Assembly (NCBI GenBank): GCA_964604555.1
Contig: CAZRZK010000001.1
Location: 205,991 to 269,990 of the forward strand
Origin: an uncultured Pseudobdellovibrionaceae bacterium
GTDB taxonomy: Bacteria; Bdellovibrionota; FAC87; UBA2466
Direction: 5' to 3'
Length of the DNA: 64,000 nucleotides
The translations under genes and the position numbers were made by a program. Positions 29,685 through 38,690 of the stretch are shown piece by piece; position 1 is the stretch's first letter; each line of letters starts with the position of its first letter. Under the pieces are notes generated by a model that saw only the letters and a list, made by a program, of their open reading frames with translations, did not search any database and was not told the origin of the DNA.

Positions 29685-29720
29685 TAATGCACCGTATCAT
29701 TGTGAATAAAAAACGCAATA

Positions 29721-29790
29721 CCTAAGAAGGTTCATTGTGGTTAAGCCAGAATAGATCTTTTACATGACTGGTCAGCAGTAAAGTACGGGG
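29721..29790. repeat. Left 70 bp imperfect direct repeat bounding the TA islet; decayed duplicate of the SDR gene 3' end
   Basis: cctaagaaggttc...agatcttttacatgactggtcagcag... about 78% identical to 32561..32630; reverse-complement translation DLFWLNHNEPS* mimics SDR C-terminus DLFLFRLREPS*. Confidence 0.6.
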
Positions 29791-30218
29791 ACTGAATTTC
29801 GTACCTGTGGCAAACGAAAATCAGACTGGTTATAAGGCCATCACACTTGAATTGTTGGCATCAGCGTTGCTCTTCTAATCGCAGTGCCGAGATGGATTAG
29901 AATAGAAACGAAGGGTATGAAGCCTCGTTCAAAAAAAGGAAGATTTACCGAGCGATAAATGATGAAACAACCACCGAATTAAAGCTTGTTCGAATAATTG
30001 ATGAATCAGGATACTCTTACCTTTTTTAGAAGAAAAGTTTCCAGGGGCGAGCTCTGGCTGGCTTCTTCTCGGTGTAGTCATAAACCTTGCAATGGCAGTA
30101 ACCATTCTTTTGGGACTATGGCGGGTATTCGTCCCAAAGATTCTCTAAATTCTAAAGACATTCTTGCAAAGAATCCACGCTTGACCGATTCCTGATCTTT
30201 TAGGTGGGTTGGCCATTA

Positions 30219-30482
30219 TCATCCTATTTTGAGATTAAGCCCTTCGATACGAAGCTGATCCTGCAAGGCTAACTTTACAAGCCATTCGGGTGGCAGTTTA
30301 AGCGTTTTGGCTACCGACTTAGCCAGCCTAATACTGATATTGAATCGGTTTTTCTCGATATCGCACAACCTTTGCTTAGAAATGCCGAGTAGTTTGGCCA
30401 TCTCCGTTTGATTGAGCCCTTCCCCCTGACGGTGCACATTAATAAATTCTCCGAATGAAAGATCCTTTGTCCTAATAGTCAT
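30219..30482 (-). CDS. HigA-like antitoxin, XRE-family HTH
   Basis: 87 aa; HTH LNQTEMAKLLGISKQRLCDIEKN; overlaps upstream toxin gene by 11 nt; toxin-first arrangement typical of HigBA. Confidence 0.8.
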   Translation of the reverse strand: MTIRTKDLSFGEFINVHRQGEGLNQTEMAKLLGISKQRLCDIEKNRFNISIRLAKSVAKTLKLPPEWLVKLALQDQLRIEGLNLKIG

Positions 30483-30828
30483 GTTTAGTTACCTCAAGAA
30501 CCTCAATTTGATCAAAACCTGACTGACGATAAATGATTCGATAAGACCTGGAAAGTCGGACTGACCTCTGACCAAACCGCTTTCCCATCAAGGGCTCATC
30601 ATGAAACCCTTTGTACTTTCGAGCCTCTAGTAATCCTAAATATTGAATCATATCTACCCAATACCCGAACTTTTTGGCGATGTGCTGAGGCACACGTCTT
30701 AAAGATTTCTGTGCTCCTCCGGAGACTCTTATCTCCACGCAAACAACTCCTTTATAGTACGTATTTTTTACGTACATGTCAATATCTGAAAGTGATTTTG
30801 CAGGTTTTGCGCCTAGACTTAAGGGCAT
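30472..30828 (-). CDS. HigB-like toxin (RelE/ParE superfamily, plasmid-maintenance-system killer type)
   Basis: 118 aa; ...KRFGQRSVRLSRSYRIIYRQSGFDQIEVLEVTKHDY typical HigB C-terminus. Confidence 0.8.
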   Translation of the reverse strand: MPLSLGAKPAKSLSDIDMYVKNTYYKGVVCVEIRVSGGAQKSLRRVPQHIAKKFGYWVDMIQYLGLLEARKYKGFHDEPLMGKRFGQRSVRLSRSYRIIYRQSGFDQIEVLEVTKHDY

Positions 30829-31065
30829 GAACTAGCCGAAGGAGTTCAAATATTGGACTGCCCTGGCTAGTTTTCAGTCTCGAAAACCTTCTTTGTTTTA
30901 TATGAAGAAACTAGTTTGGTGCCAACGGCACGCCTATGGCAAGGAATGGCCATTAATTCGAAATGCTCACATGACTGATTCTCGGTACCTAGAGACCAGT
31001 AAATGGTCTCTTTCAGTTATCCCCATGCTTCAAAATTTGGCATCGACATTGCTCTGCTGGACATT

Positions 31066-31332
31066 GTGCCAAAGATATCCGAATTCTACGGGATCACTAT
31101 TTGAATGTACTGGTTCGACACCCAGAAACATAAGAAACCTCATTTTCATGCACGCTATCAAGGCCTGGAAGCTGTCTTTGACCTGGATGGAAATCCAATA
31201 AAAGGGGTGCTTAGCCCTACTGCAGCTCGTCTTATCAAGCAATGGTGCCAGAAGAATTCTCATGATATCTATGAGGCATGGGAAAAAGCAAAACAAGGCA
31301 AGGAACTCCCGTGGATAAGTCCCCTGAAGTAA
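31066..31332 (+). pseudogene. DUF4160-family gene interrupted by in-frame TGA at codon 13 (31102..31104); ORF-track CDS 31105..31332 is the downstream part
   Basis: Same frame: GTG-PKISEFYGITI-TGA-MYWFDTQKHKKPHFHARYQGLEA... matches DUF4160 N-terminal consensus MPxIsxFYGIxIxMY..D..PPHFHARY across the stop. Confidence 0.5.
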
Positions 31333-31346
31333 TAGTCAGTTTCGAG

Positions 31347-31589
31347 ATGCCGAGCTATGGTCTGGTTATTATCGATACCTCGAACAGGTTGCGATATCAC
31401 GCAGATTTAAGCAGCTTGTCCCAAACCTACTGTTATCCGAAGAATCTGGAACAGTGGAAAAAAGCCTCTATTGACTCTTATGGCTTAGCCCTTGTCTGGC
31501 AAAGTCGGTTTGAAGTTCACATCGATCAAATTATTGGCCTTGCGTCCAATACTGAGTCGCTCGGTAGCGCAAAGAAACATACCGGATAG
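31347..31589 (+). CDS. DUF2442-family protein (usual partner of DUF4160; putative TA-like pair)
   Basis: Start at internal Met MPSYGLVIIDTSNRL...; ORF-track 31278 start would overlap DUF4160 gene. Confidence 0.55.
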   Translation: MPSYGLVIIDTSNRLRYHADLSSLSQTYCYPKNLEQWKKASIDSYGLALVWQSRFEVHIDQIIGLASNTESLGSAKKHTG

Positions 31590-31845
31590 AATCTGTCTCA
31601 GGTTCGATCTTCTTTCTTTAGTCATATTGGCCATTTAATCCCGAGGTCCAGACTTCGGCTTTTGGAGACCAGGAATTGGTCTCCATTGGTTTGCGGTCGC
31701 GCTTGAATTAATGGTCCCGATATTGCTTCAAATGTAGGCAAGTGCGGACAATCTGAGGAATTCCCAGCAGGATTGCCAGGTTATCCGACAAGAGTTCCAG
31801 TTGCTAATACCAACTATAATTGGTATCATGTAGGGGAGAGAGTCG

Positions 31846-32022
31846 ATGCCGAAGTCGGGCAAGGAGATCTTGCGTTTGTATGAGAAAGAGGGCTGGAGAG
31901 TACTCCGGCAGAGGGGCAGCCACGTTATTGTTGGGAAGGGTGGCGAACGCGAAACCATCCCGATGCATAAGGAGCTAAAGAAAGGACTTGAGAGGTCGCT
32001 GCTCAAGAGGATTGGAAAATGA
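31846..32022 (+). CDS. hicA: HicA toxin (mRNA interferase, YcfA-like)
   Basis: 58 aa not in ORF track: MPKSGKEILRLYEKEGWRVLRQRGSHVIVGKGGERETIPMHKELKKGLERSLLKRIGK; stop overlaps hicB start (ATGA). Confidence 0.8.
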   Translation: MPKSGKEILRLYEKEGWRVLRQRGSHVIVGKGGERETIPMHKELKKGLERSLLKRIGK

Positions 32023-32450
32023 AATACCACTTCAAAATACATAAAGAAAGGCGTGGCTTTTGGGCAGAGTGCATTGAGCTTAAAGGATGCCAAACCCAGG
32101 CCGAATCTAAGGCGTCCTTATTGGAAAATATGAGAGAGGCTCTTAATCTTTACCTAGATGAGCCAGCTGACTCTAAGGCCATCTTTTCTCTTCCAAAAAA
32201 AAGCTGTCTTGGAAGAAATGTAGTGGCAGTTCCGGTTGACCCTAAAGTTGCTCTGGCATTTCTTCTGCGAAGACATCGACTCGAGAGGGGACTCACTCAG
32301 ACGCAGGCAGCAGAACAACTTGGGCTGCGAGGGTTGTATTCCTATCAGCGCCTCGAAAATTCTAAGACCGCGAATCCGGAATTCGAAACGATCATACGGA
32401 TCAAACGCGTGTTTCCTGAACTAGACATCGATGAGCTCTTGGCAGCATGA
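32019..32450 (+). CDS. hicB: HicB antitoxin with C-terminal XRE-type HTH
   Basis: N-terminal HicB/UPF0150 fold MKYHFKIHKERRGFWAECIELKGCQTQAESKASLLENMREALNLYLDE; C-terminal HTH GLTQTQAAEQLGL. Confidence 0.8.
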   Translation: MKYHFKIHKERRGFWAECIELKGCQTQAESKASLLENMREALNLYLDEPADSKAIFSLPKKSCLGRNVVAVPVDPKVALAFLLRRHRLERGLTQTQAAEQLGLRGLYSYQRLENSKTANPEFETIIRIKRVFPELDIDELLAA

Positions 32451-32560
32451 AACTTCCGCCGCTGTATATGTAAAAACGTGATCCTCCGGAAATTGACTTG
32501 TGTTGCAAAGATTGGCCAATGTTTAATACGACTGTTTACACATTCTAAAATTTGCCTAAG

Positions 32561-32630
32561 CCTAAGAAGGTTCTCTGAGTCTAAACAAAAAGAGATCTTT
32601 TACATTACTGGTCAGTAGCAGGCGTCGGGG
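32561..32630. repeat. Right 70 bp direct repeat (overlaps 3' end of SDR gene)
   Basis: Partner of 29721..29790; contains intact SDR C-terminal codons and stop. Confidence 0.6.
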
Positions 32631-33374
32631 AATAAAGCGGTGAAATCGGAGCATTAGTTTTCCATTTAAGGTGGGGAAGATCTCCAGCTGTTTTCGATTG
32701 AGACCTGCCAAAATCTCTTTGGCCACCTTTTCAGGGGTAGAGATAAAAGGGGCCATCCAATTGGGAAGGCCTCCCTTTTGCCCGCGTTCAATCATGGAGG
32801 TGTCGACAAAGCCGGGAGAGGCGAGCACCAGTTTTACGGGTGAATCTTTTAATTGGAGCTCTTGTCGTAGGGCCCGCGTGAAGCCGACGACGGCATGCTT
32901 GCTGGCTGAATAGGAGGTGAGGTAGGGACAGCTGATATGGCCTGCCACCGAGGCAATATTCACGATGATCCCTTTCCCTTGTTGTTCCATCTTCTCAATA
33001 GCAAGACGAGTTCCTAGGACCACTCCCCCTAAGTTGATCCGAAGGGTGGTTTCATATTCTTCGAAACTCTGCCGCATGAAATCGCCTTTGCCACTGATAC
33101 CGGCATTGTTGATCCATAGAAAGATAGGTTTGGCTTGTCCCGATATTTTTGTGATCGCCTCTTTCATCTGGGTGGGATTAGCAATATCAACGGCAAGCGC
33201 GCTGAAGGAATGGCCTTCTTTAGAGGCGGCGTCTTCTAAAGCAGCCAAATCTTTTTGATTCCTATCGAGTCCCCAAACATGGGCGCCCAGATTGAGGCAC
33301 TGGAGGGTGAGGCATTTTCCAATTCCACCAGCCGCTCCGGTGATCACCACTGTTTTTCCCATAAGTGATTTCAT
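32562..33374 (-). CDS. Short-chain dehydrogenase/reductase (SDR) family oxidoreductase
   Basis: TGAAGGIGKCL cofactor motif, NNAG, catalytic YxxxK (YSASK); 270 aa. Confidence 0.85.
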   Translation of the reverse strand: MKSLMGKTVVITGAAGGIGKCLTLQCLNLGAHVWGLDRNQKDLAALEDAASKEGHSFSALAVDIANPTQMKEAITKISGQAKPIFLWINNAGISGKGDFMRQSFEEYETTLRINLGGVVLGTRLAIEKMEQQGKGIIVNIASVAGHISCPYLTSYSASKHAVVGFTRALRQELQLKDSPVKLVLASPGFVDTSMIERGQKGGLPNWMAPFISTPEKVAKEILAGLNRKQLEIFPTLNGKLMLRFHRFIPRRLLLTSNVKDLFLFRLREPS

Positions 33375-34222
33375 AAAAATTCTCCCTGATATTGGGGCGA
33401 GCGCTCCAACCAGCGGGCCCCGTCCTGAGTCACCACTAAAATTTCCTCAAACTTCGCCCCGAAATGGGCGGTGCCTAGGTGAGGTTCAATCGCCCAAAGT
33501 CCTCTCATATCCCCTTCAAAATGAGGGGTCATGAGTTGTCCGAGCAATCCTCGGGAAAGGAGGGTCCAATAGGATTGCCAGCCAAAGTGGAACAATTTTC
33601 CCATCGGTAGTTTTTCATTCGTTTCATGCACCCGGTGGCCGAGCACCGAAAAGGGGTAGAGTTGGTGGACATTGGAGTAGTTTTTGGCCTTTAGCTTTTG
33701 ATCAATCGTCTTCCAGACATCTGATCCTTTGAGAGCCGATGAAAAAAGGTAGGGAATTTCATCCCGCAGCGATTTTAAAAAGTTTTTGGCGGAGAGGAGC
33801 TCCTGATTTTCACCCAGAGATCCGGTGTAACCAATATCTGCGATAAAACCCTGATAGATAGGGGCGACATCTAAAATGAAAACTTCGCCAGGGCGCAAGA
33901 CCCGTTTACTGGGAGCATATTCCCCATAATGGCGAACCCCTTCAAAGCGGGTACGATCCCCATACCAAACGAATGGATGGTGGAAGAAGGCCTTTACTCC
34001 AGAGTCTCGCAGGTAGGTTTCGATCAGATCGGCCGCCGCTTTTTCGGTCCAGCCTTCCTGCAACATTTTCGCAATTTCATTCACCGCCTGCTGAGCAAGG
34101 CGTTGCGCAGCCAGGTGTCCTGCCATTTTCGATTCATCCACCTCTCGATTGGCCGCCGGGGAGACAAGGTTTAGGACGGGTAATGAACCGATTTTAGAGG
34201 CTTGTTGAAAGAAAAGTTTCAT
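33371..34222 (-). CDS. M24-family (pita-bread fold) metallopeptidase-like protein
   Basis: Metal-ligand context conserved: ILDVAP..ADIGYT (D,D), GHRVHE (H,E), AIEPH, FEEILVVTQDG (E,E); 283 aa. Confidence 0.6.
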   Translation of the reverse strand: MKLFFQQASKIGSLPVLNLVSPAANREVDESKMAGHLAAQRLAQQAVNEIAKMLQEGWTEKAAADLIETYLRDSGVKAFFHHPFVWYGDRTRFEGVRHYGEYAPSKRVLRPGEVFILDVAPIYQGFIADIGYTGSLGENQELLSAKNFLKSLRDEIPYLFSSALKGSDVWKTIDQKLKAKNYSNVHQLYPFSVLGHRVHETNEKLPMGKLFHFGWQSYWTLLSRGLLGQLMTPHFEGDMRGLWAIEPHLGTAHFGAKFEEILVVTQDGARWLERSPQYQGEFL

Positions 34223-34224
34223 AG

Positions 34225-35079
34225 TTACGTCTCAAAAAATTTTTCTAGGAGCCGATTCATCTGCTCAGGGTTTTCGCGAAAAATCCAATGGCCTCCCGAT
34301 AGAGTTCGCACCGTTAAATGGCGGGCCTCTTTTTCCAATTCGTCGATGGAAGGGGGAAGTACGAAAGGATCCCGTTGTCCCCAAACGACCATTACCGGCG
34401 ATTGAATGGGTGGAGAGGAGAAGTCCCTCAACAGAAGCTGCTTCGCAAAGGAACGGTATTGGATCATGGGGTTTGAGATAAAGGGGCCTTTTTTGAGAAG
34501 CGGAGGCCGCTTTGAGGGATGGAGCCCCCCCATAAAATAGGCAAACTTTAAAAGAGGTGAGGCAAATCCCATCGAGATCTTTTGTGGAAGATAGGGAATG
34601 AGCATGGGATAGATATACCAAGAGTGGAGCCATTGAGAGGGTCGGCTTTTAGCACGTGAGCGCAGTTGCCCCAGGGAAAGGGAGTTGATGATCACCATCT
34701 TGGCGAGCCGCTTTTTTAAATAACCGGCCAATGCCCAGGCAACGGGACCTGCGAGATCATGGGCGACGATATAAACTCTTTTTCGATGATCGGGATCGAC
34801 CCTCTCCAAGAGTTGGAGGTAGTCGAGACATAAGGAGTTGAGGTGGTGGCGGGAAAAATTGGGGGTCTTTTCGGTCGAGGGGTGGGTACCAATCGCATAG
34901 GGACAGAGGACATGGAATCTCTTTGCAAAATATTCGGTCTGGAAATCCCAAACCTCAGGGCCATCGGGGTAGCCATGCAAAAAGAAAAGGATTGGCCCTT
35001 CGGTATTGCCCCCTTCATACCAATGGACGGGGAGCTTCCTAAAGGTGGCCTGTTGTTCTATGAAGGAATCCAACCGCAT
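34225..35079 (-). CDS. Alpha/beta-hydrolase fold protein (epoxide-hydrolase/haloalkane-dehalogenase-like)
   Basis: ILFFLHGYPDG oxyanion region, nucleophile elbow VAHDLAG, 284 aa. Confidence 0.8.
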   Translation of the reverse strand: MRLDSFIEQQATFRKLPVHWYEGGNTEGPILFFLHGYPDGPEVWDFQTEYFAKRFHVLCPYAIGTHPSTEKTPNFSRHHLNSLCLDYLQLLERVDPDHRKRVYIVAHDLAGPVAWALAGYLKKRLAKMVIINSLSLGQLRSRAKSRPSQWLHSWYIYPMLIPYLPQKISMGFASPLLKFAYFMGGLHPSKRPPLLKKGPFISNPMIQYRSFAKQLLLRDFSSPPIQSPVMVVWGQRDPFVLPPSIDELEKEARHLTVRTLSGGHWIFRENPEQMNRLLEKFFET

Positions 35080-35272
35080 AACAGGATGAGATTACCCAGA
35101 TTTGGCTGGAAAAGTCATGAATCTAGAAAATGGGGAGCCGCTCCCAGCAAAAATGGGAACACATTCTATCGATTCTATTTAAGCAGTAATTGTGCCTGAG
35201 AGTAATATTTGCAGCCATGCATCCGTCTTTTAAAACAATCCACTCTCTGCTATTAGCCGGCACGGAGTAACA

Positions 35273-36598
35273 ATGAGAAAATGGATATTGGGCTTGGTTT
35301 TCTTAAACCCCTTTTTGATGGCGCCGTTATCGATAGCTGAAGATCGTCAGGTGGTTCGAGTAGCAGCGCTGAATAATGAAGATGCGCCTATCTTAATTGC
35401 AGAGCATGCGGTTAAAAAAAGAGTCGTTGACCATACAAATTTGTATTTGCGGTTTTCCAATGGAGAGGCATTTGCCACTCTTTCCGGATTGGATCTCAGT
35501 CGGCGAATGTACGGGATGCACATTCCAGATACATCCGATATTTACCTCCATGACATGATCGCCCGGCTGGAGGGCGGGTATTTTCTATTGTTGGATTTGA
35601 AGCAACGGGACATCAGAAAACCAAAGTGGTGGACATTACTGATCGCTTTTGATCCCCATGGCAAAATGGATGGGGGATTCGGTTCAGGAGGAATCCAGCT
35701 CCTCAAAGGCTTTGATCCGGAAGACCACTCCATGAAAATGGCAATGACATTGGATGAAAACCGTTTAGTGGTGGCGGAAACGAATCATTATAATCAGCAA
35801 CACTATATTTTTTCCTATAGGCGGGAGAGCACGCGTTTATATCATCTTAATCCCATCGATAATAGTTTAACGGAAAAATTCCTCCCGCAGCTCGATTTCG
35901 GTCTTCCAGATCATTTCAAAGCGCGGTGTGCTTCGGTGAAAACCTTTAATTACATGGATTCGGAAGTTGTTTTAGAAGAGGTTCAAGGAATCGTATTGCT
36001 GCACAGTGGAGAGATCGGATTGGTGACCCGTTTAACGTACCCCTTTGACAAGCACGAGATAAATGAGCTCATGCCCATCCGGGTTCGGTTATTCAATCGG
36101 CAGGGGACTGCTTTGGTTGAGGAATTTGGCAAAAATGGGATTTTAACGGAGTATGGAAATAGGGATTCGAAATTGCCTTCGGGCGGACAGCGAAGTTTTA
36201 CGGTGCAATTTGAGCAAGGGGGATCGGGAATTGTATTTGAAGTTTACACTTATTTCACTCCCCGTTCCCGCTATGAAGCCTTTGCAAAGGGGGAAAGAAT
36301 TCCGGCCGACTGGCTCAATATCATTAGGGTGGACAAAGATGCCGGTCGAAAGGATGTCTATTCAGGGCCAAACAAAGAGGTTTTGGATTCGGTGCTTGCG
36401 AATGTTGTGTCTTTGTATCCCAAGATCGAGGAGGGGAAAAACATTAATCCCGTTCCATTCCGAGCGGTGATGACGTTAGGAAGATCCTATTTCGATGAAC
36501 CGGCAATCATAGGAACTGTAAATCCCTCACCCTATGCAGCAGTAGATGCGCATTCGGGCTGTCGAGAGATCCTCAATCATGCCCTTCAGAATCCCTAA
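35273..36598 (+). CDS. Hypothetical secreted protein
   Basis: Signal peptide MRKWILGLVFLNPFLMAPLSIA; 441 aa; no domain recognised. Confidence 0.5.
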   Translation: MRKWILGLVFLNPFLMAPLSIAEDRQVVRVAALNNEDAPILIAEHAVKKRVVDHTNLYLRFSNGEAFATLSGLDLSRRMYGMHIPDTSDIYLHDMIARLEGGYFLLLDLKQRDIRKPKWWTLLIAFDPHGKMDGGFGSGGIQLLKGFDPEDHSMKMAMTLDENRLVVAETNHYNQQHYIFSYRRESTRLYHLNPIDNSLTEKFLPQLDFGLPDHFKARCASVKTFNYMDSEVVLEEVQGIVLLHSGEIGLVTRLTYPFDKHEINELMPIRVRLFNRQGTALVEEFGKNGILTEYGNRDSKLPSGGQRSFTVQFEQGGSGIVFEVYTYFTPRSRYEAFAKGERIPADWLNIIRVDKDAGRKDVYSGPNKEVLDSVLANVVSLYPKIEEGKNINPVPFRAVMTLGRSYFDEPAIIGTVNPSPYAAVDAHSGCREILNHALQNP

Positions 36599-36607
36599 AA
36601 ATAGCTT

Positions 36608-38479
36608 TTATCTCCGGACCTTTGGCTCCAGCCACCAGTGGATCATCTTGTCCAAGTTTTCAATTTCACTATGTGGAATATCTTCGTTCAGCGCTTTGAG
36701 GACCATCGTCTCGAATTCCTCCCGTTCCTTTGGATTCCGCATCCAATAGTTACTGAATTCGGTCTGGATCGTCTTTCGGTATTCAATGAAATGGAGATCC
36801 ACTTCGGGGGTAAAAGCGGTCGTTTCCACGATGAATCGGGCCATTGTTTCCGCAGCGATCACTTTTGCAAAGGGATCCGAATTAGAAAGCTCCATATAGG
36901 AACGCAGTTGGATGAGAGCGGGTCTCAGACTGGTGCGGACTTGGTTGGAGTTCCATTCCCCCGTCTCGGCATTGGCAGAAATAACCTGTCTCAGTCGGTT
37001 GAAAGTGGCTTCAAAGTGCTCTTCAAAGACATTCCTTCTATTTCCATTATTATAGGCATTTTTTGAAGTTCCACTTTTAACAAAGGCATCTACCGGCATT
37101 GCGTAGCCGACCAAGAAGGGGGCGGTAAGAAAAGAGATGATAGAGACGGCAATCGTTGCCCCGGCACCTATTGCACTATCAGTTGTGCTTAGAACCACGA
37201 CTCCATTAGTGGCAGAGACGGTGAAAGCTGAAAGTCCAAAGTAAGAGACCGCCTTTCGGGTTGGGATAATGGATCGGAGCTGTTCGGCAATCGGCTTAGT
37301 GATACGAACCAGGACTTCATGCAATTCCTTCTGATTGCAGTGGGTTCCGCATTCTTTCAGCGATTTATCGGCGATTTCTAAAGAATGTTTTGAGATCGCA
37401 CCACGAAAATACCGGCGAACGAACCATCGATCTTCTTGCTTAGCGAGATCTTCGAGCATCTTGGTGATGGAAATGACTGTTTGAAAGGATTCGGTCAGGT
37501 GGGCACTGAACTTCTCAGAGGCGCAGCCCTCTCCACAACGTTTTTTTGCCCTCTCGACTGCGACATCGGTCAACTTGTCGATTGAATTACGCAACCATCT
37601 TTTTAAGAAATATCCTTCCTCTTTTGAAACCAACTGCTGGATCTGCTTTTTTGCTTCTAAGATGACAGCTAAATGGTTGAGAAGTTCTTTAGAAAGCTCC
37701 TCGGGACCACAAGAAGCTCCACATTTTTGCAAAGAACGTTGGAGGGCTATCTTTGCCCCTCTTTCTAATGGCCTCCAAGTCCACCATCTCCACCAGCTGA
37801 TATGAATCGAGTTTTTTTCGAGTTCCTTTTTAATAGAATTGCCGAGGTCCCGAAGCGTTTTGAAGGATTCGGCCAAATAGGAACCAAGTTGCTCTGGCGG
37901 GCAGGTGGGGCCACACTTCTCAAGGGCCCGGTCTAAAGCAGTGTCAGCGACACTTTCTAAGGTATTACGGAACCATTGAGAGGAGAGGGAACGGCTGCCA
38001 CGGGCCTCTTGAACCACCTTTTCCAACTCTGTTTTCACCGCAATTGCCTGAAGAACAGCCGCGCGGAGGTGATTTTGGAACTCTGCTGCCGAACAGTTAG
38101 GGCCACAATACCTTATTGCCCTCTGTATCAGCTGATCGGTAATGGAATCGAGAGAATTACGGAGCCAACGTCGGTAATCCAGATCCTCCGTAGCGGTACG
38201 GATTTCACGATCCAGCAACGCAAGGGTTTTGAAGGAGTCCTTGAGCTGATCTTCAAATTCCTTAGGGGTAGGGTCCTCTCCACAGATTTTACGGGTGGCC
38301 TCGATGACCTCATTAGCTCGTTGATAAAGGCGATTTCTTTCGGATCGGCTTTCGGCAATTTCATAAATGGTGCGATCGGCCAGCATTTTGGCGGTTCTGG
38401 CGCAGACATATTCGATTGCATGGAGAGAGTTCTGGAGTAGGAGGGAAAAACCAAGGACTAAAAATAATTTTTTGCTCAC
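36608..38479 (-). CDS. Secreted repeat protein: six ~55 aa helical repeats each with CGxxC (one degenerate) followed by TM segment and about 170 aa C-terminal domain; unknown function
   Basis: Signal peptide MSKKLFLVLGFSLLLQNSLHA; repeats ...RWLRNS(L/I)DxxTDxxxxRAxxxCG(PN/PT/AS/EG/TH)Cxx(E/K)(F/L)xxxLxxSFxTL...; hydrophobic stretch VVVLSTTDSAIGAGATIAVSIISFLTAPFLVGYA. Confidence 0.55.
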   Translation of the reverse strand: MSKKLFLVLGFSLLLQNSLHAIEYVCARTAKMLADRTIYEIAESRSERNRLYQRANEVIEATRKICGEDPTPKEFEDQLKDSFKTLALLDREIRTATEDLDYRRWLRNSLDSITDQLIQRAIRYCGPNCSAAEFQNHLRAAVLQAIAVKTELEKVVQEARGSRSLSSQWFRNTLESVADTALDRALEKCGPTCPPEQLGSYLAESFKTLRDLGNSIKKELEKNSIHISWWRWWTWRPLERGAKIALQRSLQKCGASCGPEELSKELLNHLAVILEAKKQIQQLVSKEEGYFLKRWLRNSIDKLTDVAVERAKKRCGEGCASEKFSAHLTESFQTVISITKMLEDLAKQEDRWFVRRYFRGAISKHSLEIADKSLKECGTHCNQKELHEVLVRITKPIAEQLRSIIPTRKAVSYFGLSAFTVSATNGVVVLSTTDSAIGAGATIAVSIISFLTAPFLVGYAMPVDAFVKSGTSKNAYNNGNRRNVFEEHFEATFNRLRQVISANAETGEWNSNQVRTSLRPALIQLRSYMELSNSDPFAKVIAAETMARFIVETTAFTPEVDLHFIEYRKTIQTEFSNYWMRNPKEREEFETMVLKALNEDIPHSEIENLDKMIHWWLEPKVRR

Positions 38480-38690
38480 TTCTTCTCAACACCTCACTGG
38501 TTGGAACCCAGAGCCTCGGATTGGATTCGGTGAGTCTGGGCCGTTTTGGCGCGTATTCTCTCGAATCCACTCCGCGATTCTGGGTAAAAAATGCATAAAA
38601 CATAATTTGTGACTCGGTGCAATAGTAAAAAATAGTTTTTTTAGATTTTGGTTAGGGAAAAAAATCTCTCGCTTTTTATCGACGTATTTT

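Noticed and set aside
30893-31201. 102 aa ORF in the TA islet
   Set aside because: It overlaps the DUF4160 gene in another frame and is Cys/Trp-rich and non-protein-like. The DUF4160 reading, including the in-frame TGA, explains the region better.
35080-35272. Sigma-54-like promoter upstream of gene 35273 (TGGCTGgaaaagTCATG)
   Set aside because: The -12 element lacks the GC dinucleotide, so this is not convincing.
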